The translations under genes and the position numbers were made by a program. From an uncultured Oscillospiraceae bacterium (lineage in GTDB: Bacteria > Bacillota > Clostridia > Oscillospirales > Oscillospiraceae): a stretch of 64,000 nt of DNA. The DNA lies in assembly GCA_964630255.1 (NCBI GenBank), contig CAZVRP010000002.1, forward strand, positions 1,774-65,773. The letters are read 5' to 3'. The notes below the pieces were generated by a model, which had not been told where the DNA came from, ran no database searches, and saw only the letters and a list, made by a program, of their open reading frames with translations. Shown one piece after another: positions 27,251 to 35,720 of this stretch (its first letter is position 1; the number at the start of each line of letters is the position of its first letter).

Positions 27251-29059
27251 TCAGCCGATATGTATCTGCTCCAGAGCGTCATACAGCGCCTGGTTGTCCG
27301 TCTCGTCCCGGACGGCCAGACGGATGAAGTCCCCGCCGCCGAAGCCGTTTTTTGCTGACAGGTCCTTGATGAGCAGATCGTTATTTTTCAAAAGCATATT
27401 GGCCAAATCCTTGGAGCGTATGCCCTCCACCCGGCACATGATGTAGTTGGCCTGCGAGGGATAGGGCTTCAAAAAGGGGAAGGAGGCCAGTTTTTCCGCC
27501 ATCTTGGTCCGCTGGCGGACGATCTCGTCGCAGGCCGCCTCGTAATGGGCGGCGTACAGACCGTAGATCTGGAAGAAATACTCACCAAAGGAGTTGATGT
27601 TCCAGATGGGCAGCAGACCGCGCAGTTTCTCCATCCAGGCCCGGTCGGCGCAGGCGGCCACACCCAGCCGCAGGCCGGGGACGCCATAGCTCTTGCTGAC
27701 GCTCTTGATCACCATCATGTTGGGGTATGTTTCCAGGATTTCATTGTCCAGCAGGGTGAACCGCATCGGTCCTTCAGCAAAATCCACGAAGGACTCGTCC
27801 ACCACGAACCTCGTCCCGTACTCCCGGCAGATCTCCGCCAGCTCCAGGACCTGCTCCCGGGTCAAAAACGCGCCGCTGGGATTGTCGGGATTGATGATGA
27901 CCAGCTCGTCCATCTCCCGGGCGGCCCGGCGAAGCTCGTCCATGTCGAAGCGGTAATCATGGGCCGCTCCGTTCAGGGGGACGATCTCACACTTGGGGAA
28001 GCAGCGGATATACTCGTTGAAGGCGGGGATGGAAATGGCCATGCGCCCTTTGACCGTCCGGCCCAGGGCATTAATGAGCTCGGCGGCGCCGTTGCCCGCC
28101 AAAAGATAGTCCTCCTTCACCCCGAACATCTTCCCCGCCACCAGCTTCTGCACATACATACCAGAGGGGTAGTCCGTCAGGAGGGTATGGAAGAAATACT
28201 CCATCTGCCTGACCATTTTGGGAGGTGGAAAATAGGGATTGACCAGATAGCAGAAATCCTTCAGGCCGTTGAACCGCCAATAGCCTCCAAAGTGGAGTTC
28301 ATAGGCCCGGAGCCGGTCCTCGTCGGCGGCGAAGAGGGTATTGGCGATGTCCAGGTCCTGCACATCGTCGATCTCATACCATTTCATATCCCCCATCTCA
28401 AACGCCTTGAGTCCGGCGAAGGGCAGATGGGCCAGGGCCTTGAGGACCATCTCATAGTATTGGTTCTCCCCATAGGCGCGGATGTATGCTTCCATGAACG
28501 GCAAATACTGCTTCCGGGAGAACGCCCGGCTGAATTTATAGACGTTCACCGTCTTATAGTACTGGTCGGCGCTGTCGAAGCGGAAATCCTTTTTCTCCAC
28601 GAACTCCCGGATGACGCCGTCCTCCCCCACCAAAGTCATGGTGCCGTCCATCCACTGCTCGAACTTGGCCACCGCCACCATATTGGGTTCCGGCGCGTCC
28701 ACCATGCGGCGGATGAGCGACCGATCATAGATCAGGTCGGATTCCAGCAGGATGGTATCATCCCGGGCCAGCTGCTCCCGGGCCAGATACAGAGAATAGA
28801 TATTATTGGTGCTGGCATAGTCCGGGTTTTCCACGAATTCCAGCTCAAAATCCCCCAGCTTCTCCCGGGCGAACGCTTGCAGCTTCTCGCCCTCATAGCC
28901 TGTCACGATGACGAATTTATGTATGCCCGCCAGGCGCAGCGCGTCCGCCGCATGCTCCAGCAGCGTCTGTCCGCCCACCTTCACCATGCACTTGGTCTGA
29001 CCGTCCGTATAGGCGCCCAGACGCTTGCCCATGCCGGCCGCCAGCATCAATGCCTGCAT
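27251..29059 (-). CDS. Bifunctional N-terminal nucleotidyltransferase / C-terminal class I-II PLP enzyme (HisC/CobD fold)
   Basis: The N-terminus is MQALMLAAGMGKRLGAYTDGQTKCMVKV (NTP-transferase G-loop). The C-terminal half has the PLP-lysine region IKSVSKSYGVPGLRLGVAAC, plus NPDNPSG. Confidence 0.8.
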   Translation of the reverse strand: MQALMLAAGMGKRLGAYTDGQTKCMVKVGGQTLLEHAADALRLAGIHKFVIVTGYEGEKLQAFAREKLGDFELEFVENPDYASTNNIYSLYLAREQLARDDTILLESDLIYDRSLIRRMVDAPEPNMVAVAKFEQWMDGTMTLVGEDGVIREFVEKKDFRFDSADQYYKTVNVYKFSRAFSRKQYLPFMEAYIRAYGENQYYEMVLKALAHLPFAGLKAFEMGDMKWYEIDDVQDLDIANTLFAADEDRLRAYELHFGGYWRFNGLKDFCYLVNPYFPPPKMVRQMEYFFHTLLTDYPSGMYVQKLVAGKMFGVKEDYLLAGNGAAELINALGRTVKGRMAISIPAFNEYIRCFPKCEIVPLNGAAHDYRFDMDELRRAAREMDELVIINPDNPSGAFLTREQVLELAEICREYGTRFVVDESFVDFAEGPMRFTLLDNEILETYPNMMVIKSVSKSYGVPGLRLGVAACADRAWMEKLRGLLPIWNINSFGEYFFQIYGLYAAHYEAACDEIVRQRTKMAEKLASFPFLKPYPSQANYIMCRVEGIRSKDLANMLLKNNDLLIKDLSAKNGFGGGDFIRLAVRDETDNQALYDALEQIHIG

Positions 29060-29078
29060 ATCATCCGCTCCCCTTTCA

Positions 29079-29876
29079 TCAATCTTCCCGGAGCAAACGG
29101 GCGTACAACCCTAAAAAATCGTAGCCCATCCGCCGGTGCAGAGACAGGGTGTTCTCATTTTCCGCCCCCAGAAAGGCAAGTCCGCGCTTTCCCTCCCGCA
29201 GCACCAGATTCCATGTACTGGCGGTGATGGCCCGGCCCAGTCCCCTGCCCCGGAGCTCTGTATCCGTGACCAAGCCGCTGATGACGGCCAGCTCCTCCGT
29301 CTCCGCGCTGGTGGCGTTGGTGGCCACCAGGCGGCCTGTCTCGTCCCGCATGACGAACAGGCGGCCAAAGCCGGTCTTCAAGCGGTCCGTGAGCTGCTGA
29401 CACAGGCTCTCATAGGTGTAGACGCTGTTATAGATCGGCTCCTTCATCATCAGAGCCGCGATCTCCGGCACATCGGCCATGCCCGCCTGCCGCACGGCCA
29501 GGTCGGACCTTCCGTCCATCAGGCGGCTGGTGGTGATGATATGGCTCAGCTCATAGGCGTACGTATCCTTCGTCTTTCCCAGCAGCTTGTCGATCGTCGC
29601 CTGAGAACCGGTGACGCACTTGGGCCGCAGCTCGTCTATCAGGCCCAGGGCGTCGCGCCAAGGGAACTTGTCCCGGCTGTAGAGATGCAGAGTGTCAAAA
29701 TACCGGTAGGCCACGCCCTCGATCTCCTCGCCGTCCCCGCTGATCCAAAGGCCCACATCCGGACCCTGTGCGCCGCATTCCAGCAGGTCCATATAGAGAT
29801 AGAAGCACTGGAACTTGCCCTCGCCTATGTACTCCACCACCTGGGGGATATAAGAATCGTCACATTTGATCGTCAC
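29079..29876 (-). CDS. GNAT family acetyltransferase
   Basis: The C-terminal acetyl-CoA motif is ISGLVTDTELRGRGLGRAITAST...LHRRMGY. Confidence 0.65.
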   Translation of the reverse strand: MTIKCDDSYIPQVVEYIGEGKFQCFYLYMDLLECGAQGPDVGLWISGDGEEIEGVAYRYFDTLHLYSRDKFPWRDALGLIDELRPKCVTGSQATIDKLLGKTKDTYAYELSHIITTSRLMDGRSDLAVRQAGMADVPEIAALMMKEPIYNSVYTYESLCQQLTDRLKTGFGRLFVMRDETGRLVATNATSAETEELAVISGLVTDTELRGRGLGRAITASTWNLVLREGKRGLAFLGAENENTLSLHRRMGYDFLGLYARLLRED

Positions 29877-29879
29877 GGC

Positions 29880-31769
29880 TCAGATTTCCCTTTCCTTCTT
29901 TTGATTTTCCAGCATCCGCCCGATGAGGTATTGGGCGGCGCATTTTCCGCTCTCGCCGAAGTTATATATCCGCTCCCGGCGCACCTGCTCCAGCGTCTCG
30001 GCCCACTCCCTGCGGCCGGACACCATGCCGTCGGCGGTCGCCGCCGCCTTTTTCCGGACCTCTCCCGGCTCCAGGGCCACGCCGATGACGCTCCGTATCT
30101 TCGCGTCCGGGGCGCACCGGGCGATGTCCTCATCGGACCAGTCCTCGTTCACCCGCTTCTGAGGGGTGTTGATGAACAGCACCGGCTTTTTCGTCGCCAG
30201 GGCGTACTCATAGCCGATGTTGGACCAATCCGTCACCAGCACATCCGCCGCGAACACCGTCTCATTGGAGCTGAAATTCAGCTGGAAACGGAAGCGGGCC
30301 GCGTCATAGTTCCTGCAGTCCGCCATGAGCTTTTCCAGCCGCTGGGGGAAGCGGCGTATGTACTGGGGATGAGGCCGGACCGTCACATCGTATCCCGCAG
30401 CCAGAAGGGGCTCCGCCAGATCGGCGAGGCAGCTCTCCAGAATGTTCCCCGCCTGCCAGGAGGGCGCGATCAGCACCGTCTTCACAGCGTGCACGGTCTT
30501 TTCCATCCGGTCATACTCCGCCGCCATGTTATCCACCACGCCATAGCCGCAGGGCACCAGCTTCTGGTCGGGCAGGCCGTATTTTTCGTTGTAGCCCCGC
30601 ATCTCCACGTCGAAGCCGGGCGTGGGGGTCAGCAGGGTGTCGAAGTGGTCCAGCGCGCCCTTGCGCAGCGTCACAAGGCCGGAAAAGATGCCGTGGAACA
30701 CATACACGTACTCGATGTCCTTGCGGACGTAGCTGCGCTTATAGTGATAGGTGTTCAGATCCGGCATGGTCATCAAAACGATGTCCGCGTCCATCTTCAT
30801 GAACAGGGTGATGAGCCGCCGCTCGCCGATATAATAAGGCTGGATACGCGGCTCCTTTTCCGCGATGGCGAATATCTGATCTTCCGGGTCGCTGGTGACA
30901 TAGTTTATCACCACGTTCGTCCGGGCCAGCAGCGCCTCGATGATGTTCTGGAAATATTTATAAAAACCGCTGGCCTCGGAATAGAACACCAGCCGCTTGT
31001 TGGCCACGGAGAAGAACCGCTTGTAATCGGCCTTCTCCCGCTTTTTCAGTTCTTTTGTCTGGGCCTGTCCAAACTGATCCAGATCCGCCAGCTCTTTCCG
31101 GCTTTGTTCCAGCGCCTCATAGTCCACATACTTTTTCGGCGGCATGACGGCGTTGCAGGCCAGCTGCACCAGGATGGAGAACAGGTTGGAGAATATCCAG
31201 TACAGCGCCACGCCTGTGGAAACAAAAATACCCAGCACAAAGGATATGCCAACGGATACGCCGTTGGTGGACATCTGTTCCGCCCGGCTCTGCTCCCGCT
31301 GGAGGGGATTGATCCGGTTCTGGGCAAAGCTCAGCACAATGGCCGCCAGGCCCGCTCCCAATGGCATGAGCCAGGTCCAGCCCCCGTCCCGGCAGGGGAT
31401 GAGGCCCAGCTTGGGCGCCGCGCCGGAGTCAGTGATGGTGTGGATGACCCCGATGAGTCCCAGAAGGATGATGATCTGGATGACCAGGGGGATCATGCTC
31501 AGAAGGGGCCGGTAATGGTGGCGCTTGTACAGCGCCGCCTGCTCGTCTCCGATGCGCTCCCGGTCGCCGTAATACTCCGCCTTGATGCGGTTCACATCCG
31601 GCATGATGGACACCATCTTCAGGCCGTTGGCGTTGGTCCACAGGGACACAGGCATCAGGATGATCTTCGTCAGCAGCGTGAACAGGGCGATCGCCGCCAC
31701 ATAGTTGGGTACCAGGGCGTAGCACCAATCCATCACATAGCCCAGGATACCCGCCAGAAAATCGATCAT
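29880..31769 (-). CDS. Fusion protein: N-terminal YidC/Oxa1 insertase domain + C-terminal TagB/TagF-type CDP-glycerol glycerophosphotransferase domain
   Basis: - Residues 1 to about 215 are YidC-like: NYVAAIALFTLLTKIILMPVSL, MPDVNRIKAEYYGD, PLLSMIPLVIQIIILLGL, GVALYWIFSNLFSILVQ.
- Residues from about 265 to 629 are TagF-like: VLIAPSWQ, VTVRPHPQ, VLVTDWSNIGYEYALATKKPVLFI. Confidence 0.85.
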   Translation of the reverse strand: MIDFLAGILGYVMDWCYALVPNYVAAIALFTLLTKIILMPVSLWTNANGLKMVSIMPDVNRIKAEYYGDRERIGDEQAALYKRHHYRPLLSMIPLVIQIIILLGLIGVIHTITDSGAAPKLGLIPCRDGGWTWLMPLGAGLAAIVLSFAQNRINPLQREQSRAEQMSTNGVSVGISFVLGIFVSTGVALYWIFSNLFSILVQLACNAVMPPKKYVDYEALEQSRKELADLDQFGQAQTKELKKREKADYKRFFSVANKRLVFYSEASGFYKYFQNIIEALLARTNVVINYVTSDPEDQIFAIAEKEPRIQPYYIGERRLITLFMKMDADIVLMTMPDLNTYHYKRSYVRKDIEYVYVFHGIFSGLVTLRKGALDHFDTLLTPTPGFDVEMRGYNEKYGLPDQKLVPCGYGVVDNMAAEYDRMEKTVHAVKTVLIAPSWQAGNILESCLADLAEPLLAAGYDVTVRPHPQYIRRFPQRLEKLMADCRNYDAARFRFQLNFSSNETVFAADVLVTDWSNIGYEYALATKKPVLFINTPQKRVNEDWSDEDIARCAPDAKIRSVIGVALEPGEVRKKAAATADGMVSGRREWAETLEQVRRERIYNFGESGKCAAQYLIGRMLENQKKEREI

Positions 31770-31793
31770 TCGTTCATCTCTCCGTTTGCGCCA

Positions 31794-33557
31794 TTAATAG
31801 AAGGAGTCATACAACGGCTCAATGGCGTCGGCCACGCCATAATAATACCAGTACCGCTCCTTGCTCATGATGGTATCCCGGTCGCCGTCATAGCGGAAAG
31901 TGCCGAAGACGTTGTACCGCTCGACGCCGTTGGCCTCCGCATCCCACTGGTCGATGTTGCCGATCCACTCCACCTCCGGGTAGCTGCGCATGTATCCCCA
32001 GACAGAGGTGGTGCGCATGCGGTGATCACCCTCCTCCCAATCATAGACGGTGGTGCCGTCGCAGTAATCGCTGTAATCCCCGCCCACCAGGGACAGGATG
32101 GTGGGGATGATATCCCCCTGGGCCACGGGAGCGCTGGTGGTGGTGAATTCCTCAAAGGTCTGGCCGGGCAGCTTGATGAGGAAGGCCGCCTGGAAGCACT
32201 CAAAGTATCCATGGTCGGCGGATATGATGATGGTGGCGTCGTCGTATACGCCGATCTGCTTCAGCTGGTCAAAATATTCCTCCAGGGCCAGAAGATAGCC
32301 GTGGAGCTGGTCCTCCCGGTTGGTCTCGTCCTCATCGCAGAGGTAGCCGTCATAGTCCACCACATAGGGGAAGTGAGCGCCCTGCATGTGATACCAGTTG
32401 AAGACCTTATGGTCATCGGTGAGGGTCAGCCCCTCCTCCTGGAGCGCCTCATAGAAGTCATAGTTGATGCGCAGCTTGGTCACGCCCTGATAGGCGGAGA
32501 CATCCACGATACCGCCGGTAGAGACGCAGAAAGGATTTTTCAGGATAGTAGGCATATAGCGGTACAGGGACATATCTATCAAAAACTCAAAAAACTGAGG
32601 CGTGATGACCAGATCCCCGGCCTCCACGATATTATCAGCCTTGCCCAGCATGTTCTCCGCGCCCAGGGCGGCGTAGTTGGACTCCAGGAACAGGTTCACC
32701 TGATACCCGTTTTCATGGAGCGTGTCATAGAAATTGTCGGCCTTCTCGCTGTGCCAGGCGTTGTATACCGCCTCCCTGGTGGGCACGGTGAGGTCCAGCT
32801 CATTGCCGGTGAGAAGGTACATCAAAGACGGGAAGGTGAAGGAGTACCGGGAGGACATGTTATCAAAATACAGAAAGTCCTTGAACACATCATAGAAGTG
32901 GGGGTCCCGCTCCAGCGCCTCCTCAAAGATGAGGGGAGAAAGCTGGTCAAGGGTCAGCACCAGGATATTTTCATCGCTGGAGAGGGTAAACTGCTCCTCC
33001 CCGGACAACTGGTAGTTGGGGACACTGTCGTCCTTGGGCACCCAGGTGGTCGCAAGGCTGACTCCCTGGGCCACGACCAGCGCTGCGCAGACGATGAAGC
33101 CGGCCGTACGCATGATATCCGGGAAAAACCAACCCAATGCCATGATCGCCAAAATACATATAGTCCATATAGCCAGGTTCTTATAGGCCGCCGGCGCATC
33201 GCCGCGCCAGTCGAACTCCGTACCGTCCAGTGTCCCCAGGTCGCCGTTGAGCAAAGCGCCCTGGAAATAGAAGAGCACAGAGATGCCCAGCAGCAGAGCA
33301 AACGCCAGGCGGTGGGCCTTGCCGGGGATGAGGGCGAACACCGCCGCAATCACGACAGACGCCGCAACCGTCACCCACGCAACGGAGAACAAAAGATCTC
33401 CGGCGGCGAAGGTCAGATACATCTGGTTGGCGTTCACGATATCCAGCGGGCCGAAAAACACACCTGTAAAGCACAGGAAAAACGCGGGAACGAGCAGCGT
33501 CAAAAACCGCTTGAGCCACCCTTTCCAATATCCGCCCCTTACCTTTTTCTCCTCCAT
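31794..33557 (-). CDS. LtaS/sulfatase-family membrane phosphotransferase
   Basis: The ATG at 33557 follows GGGAGG. It has five N-terminal TM segments and an extracellular sulfatase domain (LVLTLDQLSP, YSFTFPSLMYLLTG, IIISADHGY). Confidence 0.8.
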   Translation of the reverse strand: MEEKKVRGGYWKGWLKRFLTLLVPAFFLCFTGVFFGPLDIVNANQMYLTFAAGDLLFSVAWVTVAASVVIAAVFALIPGKAHRLAFALLLGISVLFYFQGALLNGDLGTLDGTEFDWRGDAPAAYKNLAIWTICILAIMALGWFFPDIMRTAGFIVCAALVVAQGVSLATTWVPKDDSVPNYQLSGEEQFTLSSDENILVLTLDQLSPLIFEEALERDPHFYDVFKDFLYFDNMSSRYSFTFPSLMYLLTGNELDLTVPTREAVYNAWHSEKADNFYDTLHENGYQVNLFLESNYAALGAENMLGKADNIVEAGDLVITPQFFEFLIDMSLYRYMPTILKNPFCVSTGGIVDVSAYQGVTKLRINYDFYEALQEEGLTLTDDHKVFNWYHMQGAHFPYVVDYDGYLCDEDETNREDQLHGYLLALEEYFDQLKQIGVYDDATIIISADHGYFECFQAAFLIKLPGQTFEEFTTTSAPVAQGDIIPTILSLVGGDYSDYCDGTTVYDWEEGDHRMRTTSVWGYMRSYPEVEWIGNIDQWDAEANGVERYNVFGTFRYDGDRDTIMSKERYWYYYGVADAIEPLYDSFY

Positions 33558-33806
33558 GGGACTATAAACCTCCCTGTTGACTTTTTCTTTGTAGCCTTGG
33601 CGCACATCATAAACAAATAGTAATATTTTTCGCTTTGCATACGACACACATTATACTACTATTTTACAACATTAAAATAATATCATGATTTTTCGCGGAT
33701 TACAACCTATTTTATGACAGTGCGCGATTTCCGCCGTTCTTCCGGGGGCAAAATGGGGGATTTTTGCAGGCAGGCAAGATTTTTCATCCATACGTGAACT
33801 TACCTA

Positions 33807-33835
33807 TTGACGGATGCCGGGAAAAAATTTATAAT
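33807..33835 (+). promoter_or_regulatory. Near-consensus sigma-A promoter (TTGACG-17-TATAAT) for the divergent acyltransferase
   Basis: TTGACGgatgccgggaaaaaattTATAAT, about 70 nt before the ATG at 33908. Confidence 0.6.
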
Positions 33836-33907
33836 TTCTTCATGAAATCTTAATGTTGTGGGGCGCAGCTTATGTCGCCCCGCAGCTATGTACAAGGAGT
33901 GTTCACC

Positions 33908-34948
33908 ATGCCGACTCTCGCCGCACCGCTGCAAGCACCCGCTCCCGCCGCCAGAAAGCGCTGGTGGCGGGCCGACAATATCCGCTGGATATTGCTTTTC
34001 AACGTCATCGCGGAGCACATGCTCACCCAGACGGACATCACCTACAACTGGCTGGTGACCGTGCTGGTGTGCTGGTCCCGCATGATAACCATGCCCGCCT
34101 TCTGCTTTTTGTCCGGGTACTTCTCCAAGAAAGGCGATAAGAGCTATCAGAGCGCTATTTTCGACTTTTTGATACCATATATCATCTTTGACACTCTGTT
34201 CGCGGCGATATTCGGCAGCTCCTCGCCCAACATCTTCTCCCCCACCTTCGCCTACTGGTATCTGCTTTGCATGTTCTGCTGGAAGATCATGACCAAGGCC
34301 CTGCAGCAGATCAAGTACATCATCCCGCTGAGCATCATTGTGGCCCTGCTTGTAGGCGGCCTGGACGATGTTGACCATTTCCTCAGTCTGAGCCGGACCA
34401 TCGGTTTCCTGCCTTTCTATGTGGTGGGCATGAAGATGAGCCGGGAGGACGTGGCCAAGCTGGAGAAGCTGCCCAAGCTCCCTGTACTGGCGGTGACCCT
34501 GGCTGTGATGGCGGTCTGGGGCTGGCTGAATGTCAAGGAATACTTCCACATCGATTTTTACTACTACTGGATGCCCTACAGCGGGGACGATACCTACTGC
34601 TATACCTTCTGGTACGGCTTCATGCTCCGGGCTCTTGGCTATGTGGTCAGCGGGCTTTTGATCGTTTTTCTGTTCTGCATGGTGCCGGATAAGTCCCTGC
34701 CCGTCATCCGGGACGGCGGCACCCGCACCATGGTCCCCTATCTGCTGCATACATACTTCATCATGAACATGAAATACCTTTACAGCTTTGTGCCCGCCCT
34801 GAACCACTGGTTCATCACCATCCCCATCGCCCTGGCCATGGGCGTGTTCCTGCTGTGGCTGCTGGGTCTGCCGGCACTGGACGAGCTATACAAGGACCTG
34901 ATGAAGTTTATAAAAAAGCTCCTTTACAAGGAGCCGGAAAAAAACTGA
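33908..34948 (+). CDS. Acyltransferase-3 family membrane O-acyltransferase
   Basis: The ATG at 33908 follows AAGGAG. Sequence: RADNIRWILLFNVIAEHML...MPAFCFLSGYF. About 10 TM segments. Confidence 0.75.
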   Translation: MPTLAAPLQAPAPAARKRWWRADNIRWILLFNVIAEHMLTQTDITYNWLVTVLVCWSRMITMPAFCFLSGYFSKKGDKSYQSAIFDFLIPYIIFDTLFAAIFGSSSPNIFSPTFAYWYLLCMFCWKIMTKALQQIKYIIPLSIIVALLVGGLDDVDHFLSLSRTIGFLPFYVVGMKMSREDVAKLEKLPKLPVLAVTLAVMAVWGWLNVKEYFHIDFYYYWMPYSGDDTYCYTFWYGFMLRALGYVVSGLLIVFLFCMVPDKSLPVIRDGGTRTMVPYLLHTYFIMNMKYLYSFVPALNHWFITIPIALAMGVFLLWLLGLPALDELYKDLMKFIKKLLYKEPEKN

Positions 34949-34960
34949 ACGCCTGGACGC

Positions 34961-35000
34961 AGAACACGGCCGCTCCCCTTCCTGGGGGCGGCCGTGTTCT
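34961..35000. terminator. Long hairpin between convergent genes (probable bidirectional terminator, weak U tract)
   Basis: AGAACACGGCCGC...GCGGCCGTGTTCT, a 13-bp stem with an inner CCCC/GGGG extension. Confidence 0.5.
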
Positions 35001-35025
35001 TATCCCGACATTCTTATCGCAAATA

Positions 35026-35595
35026 TCAGGTCTTCTCTCCGGTCGGAGCCTCGTCCCGGTGGAAACGCACGGCGCCGGTGCGGTCCAGCGCTACCATGAT
35101 GGCGGGGATGAGGATCAGCTGCAGGACAATGCCCGGAATGGCGGTCAAAAACGCGCCGGAGACGAACATCTGCCACGTGAACGCCTCGCCGCCCACGCCG
35201 CTGAGGATCGCCCGGGCCGCGGCCCAAACCACCCGGCCGCCCAGCATGGCGGCCACAAGGGCCTTATACAGGGTCCGCAAACACTGCCAGCGGGAACGGC
35301 TGTATAAAAAGCCCGCGATGGAACCGTAGGCCGCCAGCTCGAACGCCATGGCGATGGCCGTGGGGTAAAGGACCGGCATACCGAACAGAAGCGACCTCAG
35401 CAGCGGCGTGATAAAGCCCAGCACAAGCCCATACTGCCAGCCGCAGATGAGGCCGCACAGAAACACGGGAAAGTGCATGGGGCAGAGCATATTGCCGATC
35501 TGAGGTATCTGCCCGGTGATGAACGGAAGAACGAGGCCGATAGCCAGGAACATAGCCGAAAGGACAAGATTTTTGGTGCGGTGCTTCATATTCAT
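35026..35595 (-). CDS. ECF transporter S component (substrate unknown)
   Basis: 189 aa, six TM segments: LVLSAMFLAIGLVLPFITGQIPQIGNMLCPMHFPVFLCGLICGWQYG. No ecfA/ecfT genes are adjacent. Confidence 0.75.
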   Translation of the reverse strand: MNMKHRTKNLVLSAMFLAIGLVLPFITGQIPQIGNMLCPMHFPVFLCGLICGWQYGLVLGFITPLLRSLLFGMPVLYPTAIAMAFELAAYGSIAGFLYSRSRWQCLRTLYKALVAAMLGGRVVWAAARAILSGVGGEAFTWQMFVSGAFLTAIPGIVLQLILIPAIMVALDRTGAVRFHRDEAPTGEKT

Positions 35596-35720
35596 GCTTG
35601 GTTCTCCTTATCAAAAGTCATTGATCGCCGTCCTTCTGGTCGGCCGTGCCTTCCTGGCTTTTTTACGGAGCGCCTGGGGTATGAGCCTCCCCTGCCGCCT
35701 TCCTGACGGCGGGAACCGCT

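Noticed and set aside
29136-33620. A 1494-codon ORF on the plus strand spanning three consecutive minus-strand genes and their short spacers.
   Set aside because: - It lies exactly antisense to three genes with clear family signatures: the GNAT, the YidC::TagF fusion and the LtaS-like gene.
- Its translation is His/Gly/Arg/Gln/Leu-rich with no recognisable motif.
- In-frame antisense stops would need sense TTA, CTA or TCA codons, and those are rare in GC3-rich genes.
- It is therefore a shadow ORF rather than a giant gene.
35596-35720. A possible riboswitch upstream of the ECF S-component gene.
   Set aside because: I see no TPP (CUGAGA / ACCUGAUCUGGAUAAUGCCAGCG-like), FMN, cobalamin B12-box, THF or preQ1 core. 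There is also no terminator or sequestering hairpin over the RBS. This needs an Rfam scan before any claim.
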